From positions 6,950 to 38,949 of the forward strand of contig JAFNIV010000010.1 of NCBI GenBank assembly GCA_017601145.1: DNA of 32,000 nt, in the 5' to 3' direction. Source of the DNA: Candidatus Brockarchaeota archaeon (GTDB taxonomy: Archaea > Thermoproteota > EX4484-205 > JAAOZO01). The position numbers and the translations under genes were made by a program. The notes beneath the pieces are model-generated. The model was not told the origin of the DNA, ran no database searches, and saw only the letters and a list, made by a program, of their open reading frames with translations. Positions 1-8,658 of the stretch are shown one piece after another; the stretch's first letter is position 1, and each line of letters begins with the position of its first letter.

Positions 1-1031
1 CTTATATAACTTGCCATTTCAGTATGCCAATTTGCTACACTAGTTGGATTGTAGTTATCAGTTAAATCAACTTCATTAAAAAGTTCCCAAGCTAAAAGGT
101 TAGTATAGCCAGAGTACCTTGCAACCATGTATCTCAAAAATTTTTTAAAATACTCTTTAGCTTCAGTATTGGTAAAGAATTGATAAGGATATGATATTGG
201 ACCTCCATTTTTTGAATTGTAAGGGTTGTCGTTCCAGTTATCTTGAGCAATCAGCTGTCCATGATTCACTAGACATAACATTACATAGATTCCGTTTCTT
301 TTAGCTAAGTTCATAACGTAGTCGAGCTTCCATGCTTCTTCTAAGTTATAGTGTCCTACTTTCCTACTCCATCCTATTCCAAATGCCCAAGGCGCAAGCC
401 ATATCCTTGCATAGTTTTCTCCATTGTCTTTCATCTTACTAAACCAATTGTCATAATCATAAGTTCCGTTACTTGAGTACCAACATAGATTCTCACCGAT
501 TAAGAAAAGACCACTACCGTTTTCTAGGTACAAATATCCTGTTTTGCTCATACGAACAAAACCAAGGTCATGAGAATATCCTTTAACAAAGAAGTTAACA
601 AATGAATAGTTTTCAAGCTTCTTGTTTTTGTACAAGTTAATCTTTACTAAGTAATTTCCTTCTAGAAATGGAGTAAACCTTACCTTCCAGTATGGGTCTC
701 CTATTGGTGTTAAAACTTCTTTTCCATTTACTAAACTTCTGTTATAGTCTTGGTGGTAAAATGCAGGAAATGCAACAACCCTTTTGTCTGGAAGAGTTAT
801 TTCAGAAGTTACATTTATCTCGTCTTCATTGAATGGATCCTCTATTCTCCCAGAAATTTTTATGTTTATGTCTACTGTATCATAAACCTTTGGATTCTTA
901 TTAGAAACTTCAACGCTTTCTAGTTTTAATGATTCTTCTTTTCGTTTGGGAACGTTCGAATAAAAATAGTATCCAATCACGAATATAACAACCAATAATA
1001 GAACTAGCAAAACTAGAATATAACTCTTCAT
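1..1031 (-). CDS. Membrane-anchored glycoside hydrolase-like protein (DUF5060-type N-terminal domain followed by cellulase-like/TIM-barrel region), C-terminus cut by window edge
   Basis: Manual translation of the minus strand from ATG at 1031 is open to the window edge (not in the supplied ORF track because it has no stop): MKSYILVLLVLLLVVIFVIGYYFYSNVPKRKEES...NEDEINVTSEITLPDKRVVAFPAFYHQDYN...WKVRFTPFLEGNY...GLFLIGENLCWYSSNGTYDYDNWFSKMKDNGENYARIWLAPWAFG...LLAWELFNEVDL. N-terminal hydrophobic anchor, then a typical DUF5060/GH-like pattern with a 'WELFNEVD' acid motif. Confidence 0.75.
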   Translation of the reverse strand, partial: MKSYILVLLVLLLVVIFVIGYYFYSNVPKRKEESLKLESVEVSNKNPKVYDTVDINIKISGRIEDPFNEDEINVTSEITLPDKRVVAFPAFYHQDYNRSLVNGKEVLTPIGDPYWKVRFTPFLEGNYLVKINLYKNKKLENYSFVNFFVKGYSHDLGFVRMSKTGYLYLENGSGLFLIGENLCWYSSNGTYDYDNWFSKMKDNGENYARIWLAPWAFGIGWSRKVGHYNLEEAWKLDYVMNLAKRNGIYVMLCLVNHGQLIAQDNWNDNPYNSKNGGPISYPYQFFTNTEAKEYFKKFLRYMVARYSGYTNLLAWELFNEVDLTDNYNPTSVANWHTEMASYI

Positions 1032-1307
1032 GCTTTTAGTAATTACAAAGAAATTTTTAAACTTTTTATTTTTGAAAAAAACATTTAAGTAAATCAGTTA
1101 AACAAAGTAAAACTTGATGTTACAAAAAGTATACAAAAACTTAAAGTTTCCAGTATGTAAAAAGAGGAAATGGAAAGCTTTTTTATTACAGAACTAGAAC
1201 TCTATATAATGGAATTTTGCCTAAAGGACGAGAATCATTCAGTTTCAGCCAAGGCAATGCTAACAACGGAGTCGAAGCTTAATTCTGTTAACTCGAAGTG
1301 AACTACC

Positions 1308-1323
1308 CCTCGCTATCGCAAGG
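1308..1323 (-). repeat. Terminal hairpin of the tnpB-side end of the IS (CCTTGC-GATA-GCGAGG)
   Basis: Top strand CCTCGC TATC GCAAGG; same 16 bp at 24847-24862 in the short copy; it contains the TnpB stop codon. Confidence 0.7.
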
Positions 1324-2440
1324 AGCTTCCTGCTTCAACGATGGAGCTTGCTGGTATTTCTACCAGTAGAGGCTTCGTCTCAGCAGGCGAATCAGGGCTA
1401 TCCCATCCCCTCATTTTTATTCGGCAAGCAGATATCCAATCCCTATAGGGATTTTCATAGCCTAGCCCTTCAGATGTACCTCTTGGGTTCACCTTCACCA
1501 CTCGAACAGCAGCTCTTTCAGCCTTCTGCTCGAGTAGTTGAAGGAATTTTCCCCAAGAAGCATCAAGTATCTTCTGGGCTAAGTTGTGTTTTCTAACCAT
1601 ATTTTTTATGTCCAAGTTTTCAACACATATTACATCGTAATTGTTCACATAGAATCTTGAAAGTTTATGCAGAAAGTCGTTTCTCTGGTTCGTGAGCCTT
1701 TCATAAGCTTTAGCAAGCTTTATTTTTTGTTTCTCATAATTTTTTGAACCTTTCTTTTTCCTTGAAAGCCAATGATGTAGAACTCTTATTCTTCTAATTG
1801 TTTTCTCATAGAATCTCGGATTCTCTATTTGTCTTCCGTCACTATCTGTGAGAAAGTGTTTTACTCCAACATCTAAGCCTACAACATTTTTAGGCTCTCT
1901 TTGAACAACGTTCACTTCTTTCTCAACGAAAACACAGGCAAACCATTTGCCAGAATTATGCCTCTTCACTATGACTTGTTTTATTCTTCCTTCAATGGTT
2001 CTATGAACTCTTATGGGTATGTCACCTATTTTAGATAGGTGAAGCAGGTCAAGCCTCTTCCCCGTTTTGGTAAGCTTGAAGCCGCTCTGGTTGTAAACAA
2101 AGGTTTTGAACCAGCCTTTGCTTTTGAGCCTTAACCTTCCAACCTTCTTTCTATTTTTCTTCAACTGTGATAAGGCTTTTAGGTTTGAGTATAGCTGATA
2201 AAGCACCATCTGCAAAACTTTAGAGTAGACTCTGCCCAACTCAGGCTTTTCCTTCTTCAGTTTAGGTAGCTGAGACTGAAGCTTAATTCTGCTTGGTATC
2301 TTGCTCTTTCCATTCCATTCAGCCAAGAAATAGTTGTAAGTTTGCCTACACAACTCTAAAGTTTCAAACAATCTTCCCTCTTGTTCCTTGCTTGGATAAA
2401 TCCTGAACTTGTAGCTAAGCATTCCCTTGCTCCTCAACAT
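1313..2440 (-). CDS. tnpB: IS605-type TnpB (RuvC-like RNA-guided nuclease family), apparently lacking the C-terminal zinc finger
   Basis: ORF 375 aa; motifs VVGLDVGVKHFLTDSDG (RuvC-I Asp), VICVENLDIKNM (Glu), VKVNPRGTSE, YRDWISACRIKMRGW (last Asp region), tail VEAGSSLR. True start may be M7 at 2422. Confidence 0.85.
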   Translation of the reverse strand: MLRSKGMLSYKFRIYPSKEQEGRLFETLELCRQTYNYFLAEWNGKSKIPSRIKLQSQLPKLKKEKPELGRVYSKVLQMVLYQLYSNLKALSQLKKNRKKVGRLRLKSKGWFKTFVYNQSGFKLTKTGKRLDLLHLSKIGDIPIRVHRTIEGRIKQVIVKRHNSGKWFACVFVEKEVNVVQREPKNVVGLDVGVKHFLTDSDGRQIENPRFYEKTIRRIRVLHHWLSRKKKGSKNYEKQKIKLAKAYERLTNQRNDFLHKLSRFYVNNYDVICVENLDIKNMVRKHNLAQKILDASWGKFLQLLEQKAERAAVRVVKVNPRGTSEGLGYENPYRDWISACRIKMRGWDSPDSPAETKPLLVEIPASSIVEAGSSLR

Positions 2441-2756
2441 ACTTTTTCAAAACACCCAAAGTCACTTGCCCGGTTGTGGCGAGGAAATACGATGGAGACC
2501 AGAAAACCCCTTTCCAAAGCTTTTCCTTCACTTCAGGGAAGTTTCTCTGGATTTCTCTCGACGTTATGGTTTTTATCGCATTGATGTATTTTGGCATATC
2601 TAATGTCGGCTTCGCCTTGAAAAGCATGTGGAAATGGTCTTTATCATACTCAAGGTTTAGAACATCTACATCAAAGCTTTCGCTTATTTCTCTTATTTTT
2701 TGCTTCAGAAAATCCACAATCTTCTCATTTTCGAACACCTGTCTGTGATATTTCAC
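2415..2756 (-). CDS. tnpA: IS200/IS605 Y1 (HUH) transposase TnpA; reading frame continues upstream of the annotated GTG start
   Basis: HUH motif 'HFHMLFKAKP' and Tyr in 'LKKYVEEQ'. The upstream in-frame sequence YKLDKGAHSVYALQYHLVQVV precedes VKYHRQVF and looks like the family N-terminus, so the real start probably lies 5' of 2756 (up to about 2820). Confidence 0.85.
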   Translation of the reverse strand: MKYHRQVFENEKIVDFLKQKIREISESFDVDVLNLEYDKDHFHMLFKAKPTLDMPKYINAIKTITSREIQRNFPEVKEKLWKGVFWSPSYFLATTGQVTLGVLKKYVEEQGNA

Positions 2757-3096
2757 TACTTGAACGAGATGGTATTGAAGAGCATAAACTGAATGAGCGC
2801 CCTTATCAAGCTTATAAACTATAAATATTTTTCGGCTTTCATCCCCCAGCTTTCGCAGGGGGACTTCCCGCCATCAAAGTTAAAGTCTCTAAGGAACTCT
2901 TAGTAAAATGCAAGACAAGTAGCTATCATGTTTTCATGACTTATGACTTATATTTAACTAAAATTAGAGTATGAAAATTTAGCTTTCAAGGAAATATTTT
3001 ATGTTACAAATTAAGAAAAATGACTTTAATAGCAAAAGAATAAAAAGAACTTCTTTTAGAGTAAGGAACAGAAAATTGGAGGAGAAATAAAAACGT

Positions 3097-3795
3097 ATGA
3101 GTGGAAAACCAATTGTTGTACCCGGAGAAATACTAACTTCGGGATACTATAGGGTAGGAGAAAACACAATAAAGTTAGACAATTCAATAATTGCAACAAA
3201 AGTAGGAATACCTCAAACTAAAGGAAATACTATAAGGGTTATAGCACTAAAAAGCTTCTACATACCAAAGATTCATGACTTAATAATAGGCGTAGTTAGT
3301 GAAGTATATTACAACATGTGGAGAGTAAACATTTTTTCTCCTTATGTTGCAGTACTTCCTGCTGTAGATGTTTTTGGTAGGAGATTTGATCCTACGAAAG
3401 ACAACACATTGAAGAAAATGGATGCAGGAACTGTACTAAAAGCAAGAATAACGTTCTTTGACAGAACACAAGATCCAGTAATAACGATTAGAGGCGAAGG
3501 CTTAGGAGTTATAGAGAAGGGCTTTATAACTTATGTGAATCCATCAAAAATTGCGAAACTTATTGGCAAAAAAGGAAACATGCTACAGAAAATCGAACAA
3601 CTTACGAATACGAAGATTACAGTTGGGCAAAATGGAGTAATATTAATTGAAACACAAAGCATTAGTGCAAAGGACAAAGTTATTAAGACAATAAAGTTAA
3701 TTGAAAGAGAAGCACACTTATCTAATTTAGGGGATAGAGTTACGAAAATTTTAAAAGAGGATGAAGAAAATGAGCTTGAAAAAACAACTAATTAA
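3097..3795 (+). CDS. rrp4: Exosome complex RNA-binding protein Rrp4
   Basis: ORF 232 aa; S1/KH-like Rrp4 pattern (PGEILTSGYYRVGENT..., GVVSEVYYNMWRVNI, INPSKIAKLIGKKGNMLQKIEQ); adjacent to rrp41 and rrp42. Confidence 0.93.
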   Translation: MSGKPIVVPGEILTSGYYRVGENTIKLDNSIIATKVGIPQTKGNTIRVIALKSFYIPKIHDLIIGVVSEVYYNMWRVNIFSPYVAVLPAVDVFGRRFDPTKDNTLKKMDAGTVLKARITFFDRTQDPVITIRGEGLGVIEKGFITYVNPSKIAKLIGKKGNMLQKIEQLTNTKITVGQNGVILIETQSISAKDKVIKTIKLIEREAHLSNLGDRVTKILKEDEENELEKTTN

Positions 3796-4492
3796 TGAGC
3801 AAGGTATAAGGACGGATGGAAGAGGCATAGACGACCTTAGACCAATAAAGATAACTCTAGGGTATTTAGCACATGCAAATGGTTCAGTCTTATACGAGCA
3901 AGGAAAAAACAAAATCTTAGCCGCAGTTTTTGGGCCTAGCGAAGTTCATCCAAAGCATGCAGAACTTCCAGATAGGGCAATACTGAGAGTAAGGTATAGA
4001 ATGGCTCCCTTTTCAACTGAAGAAAGAAAATCTCCAGCACCAACTAGGAGGGAAATTGAACTTTCAATGGTAATTAGAAACGCTCTAGAGTCTGTAGTGC
4101 TGACAGAACTATTTCCAAGAACAGCGATAGACATATTTATTGAAGTACTGCAAGCAGATGCGGGTACAAGAGTAGCAGGTGTTACTGCAGCAGCGTTAGC
4201 ACTCGCAGATGCAGGAATCCCAATGAAAGGAATAACTGCTGGCTGTGCTGTAGGAAAAGTAGATGGAAAAATTGTTTGCGACTTGAACGACATTGAAGAC
4301 AAGGAAGGAGAAGCAGATATGCCAATTGTATACATTCCAACATTAGGCAAGATATCTTTGTTGCAAATGGATGGATTAATGACTCAAGAAGAATTTAAAC
4401 AAGCACTTTCGAAAGCAATAAATAGTGCGATGAAAGTTTACCAATTACAAGTTAATGCGTTAAAAACGAAATACATCAAGGTAGAAAGGTGA
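3761..4492 (+). CDS. rrp41: Exosome complex exonuclease Rrp41 (RNase PH family)
   Basis: RTDGRGIDDLRPIKITLGYLAHANGSVLYEQGKNKILAAVFGP...; overlaps the rrp4 3' end by about 35 nt (or 26 nt if M4 is used). Confidence 0.95.
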   Translation: MKKMSLKKQLINEQGIRTDGRGIDDLRPIKITLGYLAHANGSVLYEQGKNKILAAVFGPSEVHPKHAELPDRAILRVRYRMAPFSTEERKSPAPTRREIELSMVIRNALESVVLTELFPRTAIDIFIEVLQADAGTRVAGVTAAALALADAGIPMKGITAGCAVGKVDGKIVCDLNDIEDKEGEADMPIVYIPTLGKISLLQMDGLMTQEEFKQALSKAINSAMKVYQLQVNALKTKYIKVER

Positions 4493-4501
4493 AAAAATAG
4501 A

Positions 4502-5329
4502 ATGTCTGTTACAAGAGAAAAGCCTGTTGTATCAAAAATTCTGCAAAAGAATATGCTTGAGCTACTATCTAACGGAATAAGGATAGATAAAAGAAAGCTT
4601 GATGAATATAGAAAAATAAGCTACCAAGTAGGGATAATTGAAAAAGCAGATGGATCAGCACTACTTAGCTTAGGTGAAACTATGGTTCTTGTTGGAGTAA
4701 AAGTTGAGTTAGGGCAACCTTTTGAAGATACCCCAGATCAAGGAGTTTTAGTTGTTAATGCAGAACTTCTTCCTTTAGCTTCTCAAACTTTTGAGCCTGG
4801 ACCACCTGATGAAAGAGCAATAGCATTGGCAAGGTACGTCGATAGAAGCATAAGAGAGTCGAATACTGTTGACTTAAAATCACTGACAATAGTCCAAGGA
4901 AAGATTTGCTATGTAGTTTATGTAGACGTCTATGTGTTAGATTATGGAGGGAACTTAGTAGATGCATCAGTTCTGGCAGCCGTGAAAGCCCTAGAGAATA
5001 CAAAAATTAAGAAATATGAACTAGATGAAAATGGAAAAATTATGAAAACTGAGAAAGTCGAAAGTCTAAAACTCAATGATTTTCCAGTTTCCATAACCTT
5101 TGGGATAATAAACAATAAATATTTTGTAGATCCAAGCTTGGAAGAAGAGCAAGCTTGTGATACTTTTCTAACTTTTACCTATACGAAGTCTGGAAACATA
5201 TGTGCTGTTATGAAAAATGAGCAAGGCTTAATTGCCCCTGCTCAAGTAATCGAGATGATGGAACTTGGATGGAAGAAAGCGAAAGAAATAAGTAGCCTTA
5301 TGTTAGGAGGACAGAAAGGAAATGACTAA
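4502..5329 (+). CDS. rrp42: Exosome complex protein Rrp42 (RNase PH family)
   Basis: ORF 275 aa; NGIRIDKRKLDEYRKISYQVGIIEKADGSALLSLGETMVLVGVK..., operon position after rrp41. Confidence 0.94.
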   Translation: MSVTREKPVVSKILQKNMLELLSNGIRIDKRKLDEYRKISYQVGIIEKADGSALLSLGETMVLVGVKVELGQPFEDTPDQGVLVVNAELLPLASQTFEPGPPDERAIALARYVDRSIRESNTVDLKSLTIVQGKICYVVYVDVYVLDYGGNLVDASVLAAVKALENTKIKKYELDENGKIMKTEKVESLKLNDFPVSITFGIINNKYFVDPSLEEEQACDTFLTFTYTKSGNICAVMKNEQGLIAPAQVIEMMELGWKKAKEISSLMLGGQKGND

Positions 5330-5567
5330 GAAAATTTCAGGAATGTTGGGAGCTAAGTATGGATTCACTCTAAGAAGAAGGTATGCAGAAGTTATTCTAA
5401 GAAGGAGAGCAAAATACTATTGCCCAAAATGCCAAACAGGAGTTTTAAAGAGGGTTAGCGTGGGTATTTGGCAGTGTAGAAAGTGTGGCTTCAAGTTTGC
5501 GGGAGGAGCTTACGAGCCATTTACTAAGACAGGAAGAGCAACACTTAGAATTTCTAAGATTATGTGA
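5322..5567 (+). CDS. rpl37ae: Ribosomal protein L37Ae (eL43)
   Basis: GAKYGFTLRRRYAEVILRRRAKYYCPKCQTG...WQCRKCGFKFAGGAYEP: L37Ae zinc-ribbon pattern. Confidence 0.93.
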   Translation: MTKKISGMLGAKYGFTLRRRYAEVILRRRAKYYCPKCQTGVLKRVSVGIWQCRKCGFKFAGGAYEPFTKTGRATLRISKIM

Positions 5568-5626
5568 AAAACATCGGCTAATTATATTAAGCTTATAAAC
5601 TCTTCTTTTATAGAGAAGAAAACATA

Positions 5627-5953
5627 ATGAGTGCTCCAGAACAAGAGAAGCTTCTAAAGCTACAGGACATGCAAGAAAAAATAGAAAGTCTTAGGATTCA
5701 AATAGAAAGGGTAAAGGGCGAACTTGAAGATGTAGAAAAGGCAATTGAAGCTTTAAGTTCAGAGGAGCAAAAGGATGTTTACCAGTTTTTAGGAAAAATA
5801 ATGATAAAAAGAGAAAAAGATGCAGTCTTAACAGAGTTAAAAGAGAGACAAGAATTCCTGAAGTTAAGGCAATCTGGCTTACAAAAGCAACTTGAAAAAT
5901 TAGAAGAAAAAGCTAAAGAACTAGAAAGTGAAATAAGGGAGACAATAAGATAG
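5627..5953 (+). CDS. pfdB: Prefoldin subunit beta
   Basis: Coiled-coil 108 aa protein with YQFLGKIMIKREKDAVLTELKERQEFLKLR; location after L37Ae as in many archaea. Confidence 0.88.
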   Translation: MSAPEQEKLLKLQDMQEKIESLRIQIERVKGELEDVEKAIEALSSEEQKDVYQFLGKIMIKREKDAVLTELKERQEFLKLRQSGLQKQLEKLEEKAKELESEIRETIR

Positions 5954-6145
5954 TTTTTAACTTTCGTTAAAAGTTTAACTCTGCCCGCATTTATGGGTAA
6001 TTTAACTTATACTTAGCTTTCCTCAATTCTTCCCATTGTTAAATAAGGCTTTCTTGCCAAGTTTAATGTGAGTTTCTTTAAAGAAATTTAACGTAAGGAA
6101 TAAAACCCAAGTAAGAAGGGTTTTACGCGAGAGAATAAAAAGGAA

Positions 6146-7012
6146 ATGAACCCTGAAGAAAGCAAAAAAATAATAAAAGTAAGAAACCTAAAATTTAAGT
6201 ACAAAAACGCTGAGAAAAATGCACTAAACAATATAAACTTTGAGGTAAGAGAAGGGGAGTTCGTCCTCATCACCGGGCCTTCTGGGAGTGGTAAATCAAC
6301 ACTGGCGAAGATACTTACTGGGCTTATACCTAATAGCTATCCTGGTGAGCTTGATGGAGAGATCTCAATTATGGGATTTGATCCAAGAAAGAATAAGATC
6401 TACGAAATTGCTCAAAATGTTGGGTTAGTTCTCCAAAATCCTGAAAATCAATTGTTTGCGCTTACTGTTGAAGATGATGTAGCTTTTGGACCAGAGAATC
6501 TTGGTCTTGGGAGAGAAGAAATAAGGAAAAGAGTAGAGTGGAGCTTAGACGTTGTAAACATGCAAAAGGAAAGACATAAAGCACCTTTTGAACTCTCTGG
6601 AGGCCTTCAACAGAGAGCAGCAATAGCAGCTGTTCTTGCTATGAAACCAAAGGTTTTAATACTTGATGAGCCGACTTCTTATTTAGATACGTTATCAGCT
6701 GTAAAATTCTCTTATTTTTTAGATAACTTAAGGAGAGATCTAAATTTGACAGTCATTTTAATAGAACAAAATGTAGATCTATTCTTTAAATTTTTAAGTA
6801 GAATTGTAGTTATGAGCGAAGGAAAAATTTTAATTGATGATAAACCTGATGTTGTTATAAGCTTTTGCATAAGAAATAAAATCCCAATAAATATTCCACT
6901 TCAATTTTTAATAATAAACAAGGTTTTTGGAAAAAATTGTAATGAAAAAATGCTTCAGGATTATCAGGTTGAAGATTATGAGCTGCTTCTTGAAAAAATA
7001 ATTGATGGGTGA
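6146..7012 (+). CDS. ecfA: ECF transporter ATP-binding subunit EcfA (CbiO-like)
   Basis: Walker A GPSGSGKST, Q-loop LQNPENQLFALTVEDDVAFG, signature LSGGLQQRAAIAAVL, Walker B VLILDEPTS. Confidence 0.93.
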   Translation: MNPEESKKIIKVRNLKFKYKNAEKNALNNINFEVREGEFVLITGPSGSGKSTLAKILTGLIPNSYPGELDGEISIMGFDPRKNKIYEIAQNVGLVLQNPENQLFALTVEDDVAFGPENLGLGREEIRKRVEWSLDVVNMQKERHKAPFELSGGLQQRAAIAAVLAMKPKVLILDEPTSYLDTLSAVKFSYFLDNLRRDLNLTVILIEQNVDLFFKFLSRIVVMSEGKILIDDKPDVVISFCIRNKIPINIPLQFLIINKVFGKNCNEKMLQDYQVEDYELLLEKIIDG

Positions 7013-7021
7013 ACAAATAGG

Positions 7022-7849
7022 ATGGCAGAAATATCAATAGAAGACGTTAGTTTTTCATATGAACAAGATAGGGAAAACAACTTTGTACTAAAAAACATAA
7101 ACTACTCTATTTTACCTGGAGATTCAGTGCTACTTTTAGGACCAAATGGCTCTGGAAAAACAACCTTACTAAAGTTAATTATGGGATTACTGAAACCAAC
7201 AAAAGGAAAAATTAAGATAGATAATATCGACACTAATAAATTAAGTGTCTTTGAAATTTCGAAAAAGGTAAGCATGATATTTCAGAATCCTGAAAAACAA
7301 TTCTTTGCTGAAACTGTAAGAGAAGAACTTTCATTTGGATTAAAAAATCGAGGATTACGAGAAGAAGAAATAAAAATGTTAGTTGATGAAGTATCAAAAA
7401 AATTTGGATTGTTCGAATACCTTGATAGAAGCCCATTTGATTTAAGTGGTGGCGAAAAAAGAAGACTGTCTATAGCAAGTATAGCAATATTGGACCCCGA
7501 GGTTCTAATAGTTGATGAACCTACAGCGGGACTTGACTTTCAATATAGGAATTTAATGGTAGGTATTCTAAGAGAGTTCTTAAAAACAAAAAATAAGTCA
7601 CTTATAATTGCAACACACGATATTGATTTCGGACTGAGAATAGCAAACAAAGCTGCAGTAATAGATGAAGGAAAACTTATTTGGAATGGCGATATAGTAA
7701 GTTTACTTAAAGAAGAAGAGATTTTTTCTAAAGGAATACTAACTCATACTTTTGCATCAAGCCTTATATCAAAATTAATTCTTCAAAGCAACGTAGACTT
7801 TCAAAAAGTAGTAAAAGGCTTGGAAGAACTAGCGGAGGGATTAATGTAA
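7022..7849 (+). CDS. ecfA: ECF transporter ATP-binding subunit EcfA' (second CbiO-like ATPase)
   Basis: Walker A GPNGSGKTT, FQNPEKQFFAETVREELSFG, signature LSGGEKRRLSIASI, Walker B VLIVDEPTAGLD. Confidence 0.93.
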   Translation: MAEISIEDVSFSYEQDRENNFVLKNINYSILPGDSVLLLGPNGSGKTTLLKLIMGLLKPTKGKIKIDNIDTNKLSVFEISKKVSMIFQNPEKQFFAETVREELSFGLKNRGLREEEIKMLVDEVSKKFGLFEYLDRSPFDLSGGEKRRLSIASIAILDPEVLIVDEPTAGLDFQYRNLMVGILREFLKTKNKSLIIATHDIDFGLRIANKAAVIDEGKLIWNGDIVSLLKEEEIFSKGILTHTFASSLISKLILQSNVDFQKVVKGLEELAEGLM

Positions 7850-7850
7850 G

Positions 7851-8591
7851 TTGGCAATGAGTTTTATAAAAGCATACCAATTTTCAAGAAAGAGAACAAT
7901 AATTCATGCTTTAGACCCACGAGTGAAGTTGCTTGTTTCAACTGGAGTAGCTATTGTTGGAATAATAACTTTAGATCCTGTTGAAATTGCATTTCTAACA
8001 ACAATTCAACTTATAATTTTAGCGCTAAGTAAGTCTATAAAACTTTGGTTTAGGTCTCTTAAAGCATTATTATTTTTCATATTTTTAATAGCAACAAGTC
8101 AATACTTAACTACGCAAAGCTTGGCTCAAGCTATAATCTTCTCAGCTCGTTTCATCTTAATAACTTCGGCAACCTCATGGTTTTTTTATACAACTTCTCC
8201 AGAAGATTTAGGAAGAGCACTTGAACAAATTGGTGTTCCTTCTGATTTTTCTCTTGCATTCACACTTTCAATGCGCTTCATTCCAGTAATTGCAAACGAG
8301 TTTCAGGATGTATACGACGCTCAAAGAGTTAGAGGCTTAAACTTAGAAAAAGGAAACTTAATTGAAAGAACAAAGGCCTTTCTCCCTATACTTATTCCAC
8401 TGTTTGTTGAAGTTATAAGGAGAACATATGAAATTTCTGATGCCTTAGAGTTAAGAGGTTATGGGTTTAGAGAAAAAAGAAGTCATTGGAAGGAATTAAA
8501 GTTAACTACTAACGATTATATTTTTTTAGTTTTCTTCCTACTGATTATTTTAGTTATAATTTTACATAGAATTTACTATTTCTCTGTTTAG
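7851..8591 (+). CDS. ecfT: ECF transporter transmembrane (T) component EcfT (CbiQ-like)
   Basis: Polytopic 246 aa protein; IIHALDPRVKLLVS start and ALELRGYGFREKRS motif; immediately downstream of two EcfA ATPases; TTG start. Confidence 0.9.
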   Translation: MAMSFIKAYQFSRKRTIIHALDPRVKLLVSTGVAIVGIITLDPVEIAFLTTIQLIILALSKSIKLWFRSLKALLFFIFLIATSQYLTTQSLAQAIIFSARFILITSATSWFFYTTSPEDLGRALEQIGVPSDFSLAFTLSMRFIPVIANEFQDVYDAQRVRGLNLEKGNLIERTKAFLPILIPLFVEVIRRTYEISDALELRGYGFREKRSHWKELKLTTNDYIFLVFFLLIILVIILHRIYYFSV

Positions 8592-8658
8592 AACCTAAGA
8601 GTTTTCAATTCAATAAGATAAAAATAAATATAAAAAGCTATTTGACATAAGTTAGCTT

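Larger units (their letters stand above)
1297..2884 (-). mobile_element. IS200/IS605-family insertion sequence (tnpA + tnpB)
   Basis: Contains Y1 TnpA and TnpB ORFs; both outer ends match the ends of a second short element at 24836-25081 (40 bp at 1297-1336, 56 bp at 2829-2884 apart from a 10-bp inverted core). Terminal hairpins present at 1308-1323 and 2843-2862. Confidence 0.85.

Noticed and set aside
1348-1596. Plus-strand ORF of 82 aa
   Set aside because: Entirely antisense to tnpB, no recognisable domain; shadow ORF.
3946-4350. Minus-strand 134-aa ORF antisense to rrp41
   Set aside because: Low-complexity Ser/Ala-rich translation of the antisense strand of a conserved gene; not supported as coding.
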